A model generated the notes under the pieces. The model had not been told where the DNA came from, searched no databases, and saw nothing but the letters and a program-made list of their open reading frames with translations. From positions 1-24,124 of IMG/VR virus record IMGVR_UViG_3300049899_001442: a stretch of 24,124 bases of DNA, one strand, 5' to 3'. Both the position numbers and the translations under genes were made by a program. This DNA comes from a virus (taxonomy: Duplodnaviria > Caudoviricetes). This document shows positions 17,108 through 24,124 of the stretch, one piece after another (position 1 is the first letter of the stretch; the number at the start of each line of letters is the position of its first letter).

Positions 17108-17581
17108 TCATTCTCCATCTTTCTGTCTCCGAGTTGGTGTTGGTGTTTTTATCGCTCGCGGGTTCGTGCGGCGATTCCAAACCAATTTTGCTCTTTCTAC
17201 ATCCTTACCAGAGAGCGTTTCTTTAACTTCAACCTTAAAATTTTGTTGTTCTGGTGTAACGGTGTTTTGAATTTGCGATGCGGGTGACTGTGAAATATCA
17301 TGTATATGGTGAGTGCTGTAGGTATTAAAACGATTATAATAGTAAGAATTAATAGGATAATACCCATTGTCATAATATGAGTAAGGCTGTTGTAATTGCT
17401 GGCCATAACTTCTGTTAACCATTGGGAGATATTCATTTGAATCATTATGCATTTCTATGTGATTATTTAATTTAGGTTTAGGACTTATTTTAAGTGGATT
17501 GCTAAGTATTGTATAACAACCACTTAAAATAAAAAGTAAAGGAAGCAATATAGAGTATAATTTAAAGTTGTTCAGTATCAT
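17108..17581 (-). CDS. Lipoprotein with Tyr/Gln-rich low-complexity body
   Basis: Signal peptide II with lipobox ILSG-C(YT); 20-nt overlap with the upstream gene. Confidence 0.7.
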   Translation of the reverse strand: MILNNFKLYSILLPLLFILSGCYTILSNPLKISPKPKLNNHIEMHNDSNEYLPMVNRSYGQQLQQPYSYYDNGYYPINSYYYNRFNTYSTHHIHDISQSPASQIQNTVTPEQQNFKVEVKETLSGKDVERAKLVWNRRTNPRAIKTPTPTRRQKDGE

Positions 17582-18134
17582 AATTTATTCTTCTTAATGA
17601 CGCGTCGTTATACTTATAAGGTTTAACACCTGGTGTTTCCAAAATATCAATACGATTAATAAAACGCGCATTCATCGTATCTTTGACTTGATAAACTCCA
17701 GACTTCTTACCAGCATCCACCCACACATGATCGCCAAATCTAAGAAAGCCGCCATTACGTACAAGCATATTTCGTGAAACCGCCACATATTTATATTCGC
17801 TCGCTCTTTGTATTTTAATAACAGTTCCATCTGCTGTAATATTAGGAGTATCATCAGTTTGAGATGATACAGGGTGATACATTGTAACCACTATTTTATG
17901 AGTATTTGCTTCAATATCCTTTACTTTTTCTTGATATCTTAACAATTTGTCAGCCATAACAAGATCATTAAGAGTGTTGTCTTTTATGAGAGAATCTGCT
18001 ACTGATATCTTAAAATTTAAAAAACTTATTTCATCATTGAACTCATCAATGATGTACTTCCTTTCTACACTATACATTAGTATAATGACCGATAGAAGCG
18101 TAATAGCTATTGTTTTTATATTTTCTCTATTCAT
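17562..18134 (-). CDS. Membrane-anchored 3D-domain (MltA/RlpA-like) cell-wall protein
   Basis: N-terminal TM helix, coiled coil, then VTMY...QTDDTPNITADG, VAVSR, FGD.V, VKDTMN.RF.NRIDI (three-Asp motif). Confidence 0.8.
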   Translation of the reverse strand: MNRENIKTIAITLLSVIILMYSVERKYIIDEFNDEISFLNFKISVADSLIKDNTLNDLVMADKLLRYQEKVKDIEANTHKIVVTMYHPVSSQTDDTPNITADGTVIKIQRASEYKYVAVSRNMLVRNGGFLRFGDHVWVDAGKKSGVYQVKDTMNARFINRIDILETPGVKPYKYNDASLRRINYDTEQL

Positions 18135-18237
18135 TTTAATTCCCGTTGGTAGTATAAATATAGCATAGAAATTCTATAAGTTTTACTATCATTTAAAAAT
18201 ATTTAAATTCATTGTTTGGAAAAATTTTACTAGAAAA

Positions 18238-18312
18238 TGGTACCGCCACGCGGGATTGAACCGCGATTGCTGAGATGAAAACCCAGAGTCCTAACCGTTA
18301 GACGATGGCGGC
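18238..18312 (-). tRNA. tRNA-Glu (anticodon UUC) with encoded CCA
   Basis: GCCGCCA/TGGCGGT acceptor stem plus ACCA; D arm GTCTAACGGTTAGGAC; anticodon arm CTGGG-TTTTCAT-CTCAG; T arm CGCGG-TTCAATC-CCGCG. Confidence 0.95.
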
Positions 18313-18587
18313 TACTTAAACATCCACTTCACCACCCTCGTACCAGTAAGAAACAAAAACAATAATGCTGCGCCGGTATAAGATGTAAGCTCAGTTACAT
18401 CAAACACCGGCGCTACAGCAAAGTTCCACAGCAAAGAAAAGAAGAACCCAAACATAAGATACAACGCCACAGCAAGAAGCCCTACTATAGACGCTCCAAT
18501 ACTAAATCCAACACACCACATAGCTTTTAAAAACAATGGTGTTTCAGTTTTAGTGATAGGTTCTTTTATCTTTTCCCAATATTTCAT
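18312..18587 (-). CDS. Small multi-TM membrane protein
   Basis: Two to three hydrophobic segments; TAATG coupling to the recombinase stop. Confidence 0.7.
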   Translation of the reverse strand: MKYWEKIKEPITKTETPLFLKAMWCVGFSIGASIVGLLAVALYLMFGFFFSLLWNFAVAPVFDVTELTSYTGAALLFLFLTGTRVVKWMFK

Positions 18588-19747
18588 TAGAGTATTTCAT
18601 CCCCTCCTAATGCTTCTGTAGTTATTTCTTCATTGCGTTTATCTGGATCTTGCTCTATAACTAAAGATAGCTTCACCAACTTTTTGCAATAAGTGTGAGC
18701 TTCAATATTTTCTACTGCACGAATCCACTCTACAAATTTAGAGTTTTTAAACTCATAAAGCTCGCCCGTATCTTTATTAGTAATGGCAGATTTCTGTTGT
18801 GAAATCTTTTTTGCTACATCAGCTTTAAGTAAAACATCAAGCCAACTTTCTTCATCAATCAATCCACGATTAAAATACATCTTAAGTTGCGCTTCACGAT
18901 GTGGTGGTCCTAAACGATTTTTAATAACCTTTGGTTTAATACCGACACCTATAACATCTTGACCAGCTTTGACTTTACCATCAGTATATAACTTTATTCT
19001 TACCGATGAAAAAAACGGTACAGCTTTACCGCCTGGTGATACTGTAGGATCTCCAAACACCATACCCCCAATCTTTTCTCTTACTTGATTTAAAAATACT
19101 AACGCAATACGCTGGTTACCTATAAATCGAATACTCTTACGCAACCCTTGACCAATTAGTCGTGCACCTAATCCAATAGTAGAATCACCATACTCACCTT
19201 GAATTTCAGCTTTTGTAGAAGTTCCGGCAATAGAATCCCAAACAATACAACATAATTTATTTTTATCGTTTTCGCGGATTCTACGTACGATCTCTTCTAT
19301 TCCTTGAAACACTTCTTCAATAGTTTCTGGTTGCAGGTATACAAGATTACCGCCTTTTTCTTGTTCCTTTATTCCAAGGAGCTTTAAAAAACTCCAGTTC
19401 GCCGCATTCTCGGTATCAATAAGAACCGGAATACCACCCCTATCTTGACAATCCTTTAAGATCATATAAGATAAAAGTGATTTACCAGTTGCCGCTTCAC
19501 CAGTAATTTCAACTAATTTACCAACAGGTATGCCGCCAGGCGCTTCAGCATCATTAGAAATAATAGTATCTAAAACAGTAGATCCTGTAGAAAGCCAATC
19601 CGTTACTTCGGCGGGGCTTTCTCCCTTCCCCATGATGTAAGCAACATCACCTATTTTTTTATTTAGTGATTCAACAATAATGTCAGTGAGAACGCTATTG
19701 TCAGCGACAACAGCATTCCCACTAGTGACGACTTTTTTTCTCGCCAT
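18587..19747 (-). CDS. recA: RecA/UvsX-like recombinase
   Basis: STGS..LD, GGIPVGKLVEITGEAATGKS (Walker A), IDTE, WDSIA, FLNQVREKIG..FGDP...PGGKA..F, KNR..PP. Confidence 0.93.
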   Translation of the reverse strand: MARKKVVTSGNAVVADNSVLTDIIVESLNKKIGDVAYIMGKGESPAEVTDWLSTGSTVLDTIISNDAEAPGGIPVGKLVEITGEAATGKSLLSYMILKDCQDRGGIPVLIDTENAANWSFLKLLGIKEQEKGGNLVYLQPETIEEVFQGIEEIVRRIRENDKNKLCCIVWDSIAGTSTKAEIQGEYGDSTIGLGARLIGQGLRKSIRFIGNQRIALVFLNQVREKIGGMVFGDPTVSPGGKAVPFFSSVRIKLYTDGKVKAGQDVIGVGIKPKVIKNRLGPPHREAQLKMYFNRGLIDEESWLDVLLKADVAKKISQQKSAITNKDTGELYEFKNSKFVEWIRAVENIEAHTYCKKLVKLSLVIEQDPDKRNEEITTEALGGDEIL

Positions 19748-19748
19748 A

Positions 19749-20549
19749 TTAGTTTAACAACTTATCAAAAGCTGCGCCAATCTTTTCGCTAACACCATCT
19801 TCTTCTGATTCAATCTTACTGGTAGAACCAAAGTTCTTCTCAGTACCACCCGAAGAATTAGAATCATCGGCATTTGGATTAATATGCCTATCCAACGATA
19901 CCTTCATCTCATCAATCGGTGCAAACTGAAAGAGTTCATCAATCGGCTTTACACTATCAATAATAGTAGGAATATCTTTCTTCGGCGCCAAAGGTGTGGG
20001 CTTAAGAGCGGTTATAACTGAAGCAGGTACGAGCCAATTATTAAACCCATGTTCCATCTTTACTACCAAATCAAGACCTTCATTTTGATCGGTAATATCT
20101 ACGCCTTGTCGCAAAGCACTCTTCACTAGATCGAGAATATCCTTATATGTGGTACGAGGTGAAACGCTCCACCAGCGAATACCCTTATCTTCTTCGCCGC
20201 GTTTGATGATAGGAATATAAGCACGATTCTTGGGCGCCATATTCTTAAACATCTCCTTAAAACTTTCATCGTTGGTCTGCTTAAATTGGTCCCAACACTT
20301 TGTGGCAAAATCACAAATCGGATCAGACTCACCCTTCATCTTTGAAGGACAAAGGAATGTACGACCGGCGATTCCAAAATGGAACCACATCTCTTGAAAA
20401 GGCATTTCCAAGTCAAGCTTGTAGGGGGCAATACGAATCTGATGCTCCCCCTCTTCCAACTTAATAATGTCATCCTGCGTGTTGCCATTGCCCTTAGTTG
20501 GATCAAGCTTGTCGATTGCCGCGTTGATCTTATCCAAATTAATAGCCAT
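19749..20549 (-). CDS. Single-stranded DNA-binding protein, gp32-like
   Basis: G...IRI.P, PFQE..FH, LCP...DPIC (His/Cys pattern), G.DL, acidic tail ending AFDKLLN; located beside the recombinase. Confidence 0.8.
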   Translation of the reverse strand: MAINLDKINAAIDKLDPTKGNGNTQDDIIKLEEGEHQIRIAPYKLDLEMPFQEMWFHFGIAGRTFLCPSKMKGESDPICDFATKCWDQFKQTNDESFKEMFKNMAPKNRAYIPIIKRGEEDKGIRWWSVSPRTTYKDILDLVKSALRQGVDITDQNEGLDLVVKMEHGFNNWLVPASVITALKPTPLAPKKDIPTIIDSVKPIDELFQFAPIDEMKVSLDRHINPNADDSNSSGGTEKNFGSTSKIESEEDGVSEKIGAAFDKLLN

Positions 20550-20614
20550 TTTACTCTCCTATAAATTAATGAAAACTACGATTGTGATACATTATAACAC
20601 TTTTTTACTAAAAA

Positions 20615-20770
20615 CTAAACTACTGATGCATCGCATCCTAACAATTCTTCATCAAAACATTGACGGCTTGCTCCACTTGATTTAAGAGATTTACTTCTAA
20701 CTCTACTTACTAATATAAGTAAAGATACTGGTAATGTCACAGCAATTAAAACTATCATAAAAAGTTTCAT
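20615..20770 (-). CDS. Small membrane-anchored protein (51 aa)
   Basis: Hand-translated MKLFMIVLIAVTLPVSLLILVSRVRSKSLKSSGASRQCFDEELLGCDASVV*; GGAG RBS directly after promoter copy 4. Confidence 0.6.
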   Translation of the reverse strand: MKLFMIVLIAVTLPVSLLILVSRVRSKSLKSSGASRQCFDEELLGCDASVV

Positions 20771-20797
20771 TTTTCTTCTCCAAACTTTCTATACTAT

Positions 20798-20836
20798 AAT
20801 ATACACAATTTTTTGGGGTTTGTCAAGGCTTTTTTT
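20798..20836 (-). promoter_or_regulatory. sigma70-type promoter (copy 4) upstream of the SSB and recombinase
   Basis: AAAAAAAGCC-TTGACA (20826-20821), N17 ending AATTGTG, TATATT (20803-20798). Confidence 0.85.
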
Positions 20837-20844
20837 GATTTATT

Positions 20845-21540
20845 TTAAAAATATATATCAGACCAAATTTGCATTGTTTTGGGATAAATGCTAGTCATTT
20901 GCTCTTTTAGCACTTTTGCGTATTCTCTAATCTCCCACTGGGCTGTGGGTTCATTTCTTAGCTCAATAAAATTAACTATGGCTTGAAAAGATGCCGTCCA
21001 AAAAACTTCCGTATATTGTGATAGGGGCATCACAATACGTGCTTGTTCTTTTGCTACACCAAGTTCTAGTAACCTTTCGTAATAATGTCTTCCAACTTGT
21101 ATTGCCTTGGCGTAACACTCACTGGCTTCTTCTTGTTGCGCAATCGTTCCAACGCTCGCCTGTTTACTGTCTTCCGATTGTTGCCGCCAGTTTTCGGGAA
21201 TATAATATTCTTCAACTGGTACATAACGTCCACTAATTTCATTCCAAGCATGATCCTTTGTTGAATATGACGATGTTGTTTCTGCGCCCACTACATGCTT
21301 ATACCATTGGCGCATAACGAATTCAGGAGCTTTAATATGAAACTGTACTACAAGGTGGCGAAACGGGGAAAAGTGTTTATGTTTAGCAAGATAATGAACT
21401 AGTCGCTCATCACTTTTATCATATATTTTTTTTCTCTTACCAAACGATACTCTTGCAGAATTTGCTACGGTTAAGTCATTACCTAGATGATCTATTACTT
21501 CTATGAAACCTTTGTCTAAAACCTTATATTTTGTTTCCAT
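20845..21540 (-). CDS. thyX: FAD-dependent thymidylate synthase
   Basis: ANSARVS, HFSPFRH, APEFVMRQWYKH, WNEISGRY, KEQAR...P, AQWEIR motifs. Confidence 0.95.
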   Translation of the reverse strand: METKYKVLDKGFIEVIDHLGNDLTVANSARVSFGKRKKIYDKSDERLVHYLAKHKHFSPFRHLVVQFHIKAPEFVMRQWYKHVVGAETTSSYSTKDHAWNEISGRYVPVEEYYIPENWRQQSEDSKQASVGTIAQQEEASECYAKAIQVGRHYYERLLELGVAKEQARIVMPLSQYTEVFWTASFQAIVNFIELRNEPTAQWEIREYAKVLKEQMTSIYPKTMQIWSDIYF

Positions 21541-21545
21541 ATAGG

Positions 21546-21722
21546 TTAATCATAACCTCTTATATACATTATCTCATCTTCTTCAAAATCTAAACGAGAA
21601 TAATCAATTTTCTTTATACTATTTTTCAAATTCTTTCTGTTAATTCTACGTTGGTTCTTCTTAGTACCTTTATTGGGGTTAGATACCTCATCCGGTTCTC
21701 TACGCCGGTTAGTTCGTGCCAT
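21546..21722 (-). CDS. Small basic/acidic hypothetical protein (58 aa)
   Basis: Hand-translated MARTNRRREPDEVSNPNKGTKKNQRRINRKNLKNSIKKIDYSRLDFEEDEIMYIRGYD*; AAGGA upstream; fills the gap. Confidence 0.7.
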   Translation of the reverse strand: MARTNRRREPDEVSNPNKGTKKNQRRINRKNLKNSIKKIDYSRLDFEEDEIMYIRGYD

Positions 21723-21744
21723 TTTGTAAATCCTTCTGTAATGG

Positions 21745-23598
21745 TTATGCGTATTTTAAACTACCTAAGATTTGGTTAATAGGAGCAAAGGTTCCCGTTA
21801 ACTTGTATGTCTTACCCTTATATGTAAACACCAACCCTTCGCTAGGGACTATTCTCTTAAAGCCTCCAGCCTTTTGTAATCTTGTTAGGTGGCGTTTCAG
21901 TTGTTGTATCTTGTTAATATCACCCCCTTGGCGCAAACTGTTAATTGTAGTTTTGAGATCTTTTTTAATACTTCTAACAGAATCTTCTGGAGAAGCAGAT
22001 ATAAGGTTTTCAACATTGGTAAGAACCTTTGCCCCTAATTCCAAAAATAAATCTTCAAACGGTGCAACATTCTGTTGAGCAAACTTATTAAAGCTTATTT
22101 TATCCATTTTCTTTGCCCAAGCTAAAACTTTCTCATTTGTAAAATTTTTACTATTAAGTGCTTTAGACTTGTTACCAAATACCCATCTATTAATTAAAGC
22201 AATTTTTGTTTGTTTGTCAAGCTTTATTTTCGCTTTTCTTGCCTCAGCATTAATTTTATTCAACCACCACATTTCATGGTAGCGTGTCACTTTGTCACTA
22301 TTGCTTAGTCCATATTTCTTTTGAAGTGCATAAAGCTTCTTTATGAAATATTGTTGATCTTCTTTAAACTCTTTACTTACTGGTAATGTCAAAGCTACCG
22401 GTCCTCGTATTTCAAAAGTGTTCTGTGCGTTTTGGTTAATCTGTTTTATCATACCTGCCAACTTGGAACCACTTTCTTTATCTTGACCAATAGGATTACC
22501 TTCTTTATCATATTCCAAATTACCATGAAAAACAATCATATCTTTTCCGTAAGGAATAACATTTTGTGTTGGTACATAAATGATTTCCAAGTTCATCCAT
22601 TTATGCCCATTATCAAATATATGACCTTTTTGTTTTTCTGTCAAGCCCTTTATTGCATTTTCTAAATCTTCCATTGTACCTGCAAAAGCTTTCTCTAATT
22701 CACCTCTACCTGCAAACATCTTCTTAACACCTGCAGTAGTTAATGAATTTTCACCAAAGTTTTTGATCTGACCCTTATTTCTTGCAGCTACTAGTTGATC
22801 GTTCTTCCAAGATACCATAAGATTCTGACCATCAAGCTTTTCAGTTACCCCTTCTACATTCACACCACCCTTTAACAACCTGGTGATCATATTTTTAAAA
22901 TCACCAAACGTCAAATTACTATCATCAAAAGGATGCTGCATATGACCATAAGCCCCACCCATTAATAAAAGCCTCCTTAACTCCATTTTTTCTTCCTTTA
23001 AACTTGTTAGCCTACCCACTACTAGTTTGTATATGGCTTGCTTTTTATGACCAAACACACCTTGAAAAAGCTTATGTTTTTCGGGTGTCTTTATACTTCT
23101 ATCGCCTAGTGCTGCACGAATAGATGTACCGCTCATTTCTTTTCCATTAACCTTGAGAGCAACATGGGGAATGATATAAATGTATCCATGTTTTCTAAAA
23201 TCTGCCATTTTACCACCGGCTTTATACTTCTCAAAATATTTTCCAGACACAAGGCGGCTACCATCTTTCTGGCCTACAGCAAATACTACAGCTGTATTAT
23301 CGGGAAGCTTAGATGTTATCTCAATTGATTTATATGGATCTTTAACTTTGACTATCATTTTGGAAGGAACACCAGCGGCACTTATTATTTTCTTTTTCTC
23401 AGCAAAAGTAAAAGGTGACTTTGGGCCGGTGACGCCTGACGTAGCGATATAAACATTATTAGCGCCAAATTTAGAAACAAGGTTTTGGTAGGCTGCATAA
23501 TGGTGTGCGCCCATTGGCGCGTATCTGCCAGGATATATGGCCACAACTCGCTGCTTTGGTTTTACTACTTCTTGCAGTTTCATTTTTCTCTCAAGCAT
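21745..23598 (-). CDS. Fusion of a HIGH-superfamily nucleotidyltransferase-like domain and an ATP-dependent ligase-like domain
   Basis: N-terminal: AIYPGRYAPMGAHH, SPFTF.EK, FAVGQKD..R, MSGTSIR (KMSKS-like). C-terminal: GHMQHPFDD, EKLDG (motif I), ARNKG, NLEII, IVFHG, EGLVF (motif IV), YKL (motif V). Confidence 0.7.
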   Translation of the reverse strand: MLERKMKLQEVVKPKQRVVAIYPGRYAPMGAHHYAAYQNLVSKFGANNVYIATSGVTGPKSPFTFAEKKKIISAAGVPSKMIVKVKDPYKSIEITSKLPDNTAVVFAVGQKDGSRLVSGKYFEKYKAGGKMADFRKHGYIYIIPHVALKVNGKEMSGTSIRAALGDRSIKTPEKHKLFQGVFGHKKQAIYKLVVGRLTSLKEEKMELRRLLLMGGAYGHMQHPFDDSNLTFGDFKNMITRLLKGGVNVEGVTEKLDGQNLMVSWKNDQLVAARNKGQIKNFGENSLTTAGVKKMFAGRGELEKAFAGTMEDLENAIKGLTEKQKGHIFDNGHKWMNLEIIYVPTQNVIPYGKDMIVFHGNLEYDKEGNPIGQDKESGSKLAGMIKQINQNAQNTFEIRGPVALTLPVSKEFKEDQQYFIKKLYALQKKYGLSNSDKVTRYHEMWWLNKINAEARKAKIKLDKQTKIALINRWVFGNKSKALNSKNFTNEKVLAWAKKMDKISFNKFAQQNVAPFEDLFLELGAKVLTNVENLISASPEDSVRSIKKDLKTTINSLRQGGDINKIQQLKRHLTRLQKAGGFKRIVPSEGLVFTYKGKTYKLTGTFAPINQILGSLKYA

Positions 23599-23607
23599 AA
23601 TGTTATA

Positions 23608-24124
23608 CTATAAATATTGTTCTATTAGAGAAAGAAACTCTTTGGCTCGTGCTGTTGTTGTATGATACTTTAATAGTTTAGTAAAACCTCTATCAGCTAT
23701 CTTTCTAGCTTCTTCTTGATTACCTATATAATATTTTGCCTTTTCTACCAACTCATTCAAATCATTATAGATAATAAAATCCTCTTCATCTATATAGCTG
23801 TTGCTCCAAAAATAAGGTTCTATTGGTTGGTACATAACCAAACAGCCATTAGCTAAACTTTCCCAAAACCTACCAGTTTGTCTTGCCTCTCCACAACCGT
23901 AGGCATCAACACTTATTCTTGTATTTAATAATTTTTTAAAGTAACCGCTAAAATGTCTCTCACCGGTATCTATACTGGTTAACGCGATGCCCTCTCTATA
24001 TTCACCGATAAAAACAGACTCATCATTACCGAAAACATCTTTAAGTGATTTCATAATACCAAAACGATGTGGCCGTTTCTCACAAGCAGACATGATACAA
24101 GCCAGATCAGCTGATTTATTCTGC
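23608..24124 (-). CDS. Glycosyltransferase (GT-B, CgeB/Glyco_trans_1_2-like), 5' end off the window
   Basis: ISVDAYG...RFWESLANGCLV...EKAKYY...ARKIA.RG......HT...RA; frame stays open upstream of ATG 24093 to the window edge. Confidence 0.75.
   Translation of the reverse strand, partial: QNKSADLACIMSACEKRPHRFGIMKSLKDVFGNDESVFIGEYREGIALTSIDTGERHFSGYFKKLLNTRISVDAYGCGEARQTGRFWESLANGCLVMYQPIEPYFWSNSYIDEEDFIIYNDLNELVEKAKYYIGNQEEARKIADRGFTKLLKYHTTTARAKEFLSLIEQYL

Noticed and set aside
18135-18237. AT-rich palindromes and a repeated TTTTACTA after the tRNA as an origin or att site
   Set aside because: Short AT-only matches are expected by chance; no integrase and no duplicated tRNA 3' end in the window.
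7311-19747. Inteins or introns in dnaE, nrdJ, helicase or recA
   Set aside because: The ORFs are continuous, of normal length, and show no splice-junction (C...HN-C/S/T) or homing-endonuclease motifs.
19909-19946. Direct repeat TCATCAATCGG twice within the SSB gene
   Set aside because: It simply encodes a repeated PIDE peptide; there is no array structure.
22192-22226. AAAGC-TTGACA...AATTGCT inside the fusion gene as a fifth promoter
   Set aside because: The -10 position reads TTAATT rather than TATATT, and the sequence is explicable by codons KLDKQTKIALI.
149-23452. All plus-strand ORFs and short nested minus-strand ORFs in the track
   Set aside because: They are shadows of well-supported minus-strand genes, with no motifs or RBS support.
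1-24124. Stop-codon reassignment
   Set aside because: Long genes are intact under code 11, and TAA, TAG and TGA all terminate genes at sensible positions.
1-24124. CRISPR array or IS element
   Set aside because: No regularly spaced repeats, transposase or terminal inverted repeats seen.

Overview
AT-rich, densely packed window in which essentially all credible genes lie on the minus strand. It reads as the DNA replication and nucleotide-metabolism region of a large tailed bacteriophage rather than a cellular chromosome. Core genes: DnaG-like primase (partial), RuvC-like resolvase, Dam-family methyltransferase, Vsr/DUF559-like nuclease, DnaE-type C-family polymerase, dCMP deaminase, class II (B12-dependent) RNR, DnaB/gp41-like helicase, 5'-3' exonuclease, RecA/UvsX, gp32-like SSB, ThyX, and tRNA-Glu(UUC). 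Four near-identical sigma70-type promoters (TTGACA-N17-TATATT) and a second candidate motif (ATATTTAT) punctuate the region. The most notable accessory elements are: a fusion of a HIGH-superfamily nucleotidyltransferase to a ligase-like (KxDG) domain next to a glycosyltransferase; a signal-peptide beta-barrel porin; a truncated MscS-like protein; a TM-anchored 3D-domain protein overlapping a lipoprotein gene (spanin-like layout); an SseB-like protein; and an approximately 85-nt strand-specific RNA hairpin. All assignments come from motif recognition by eye; no searches were run.
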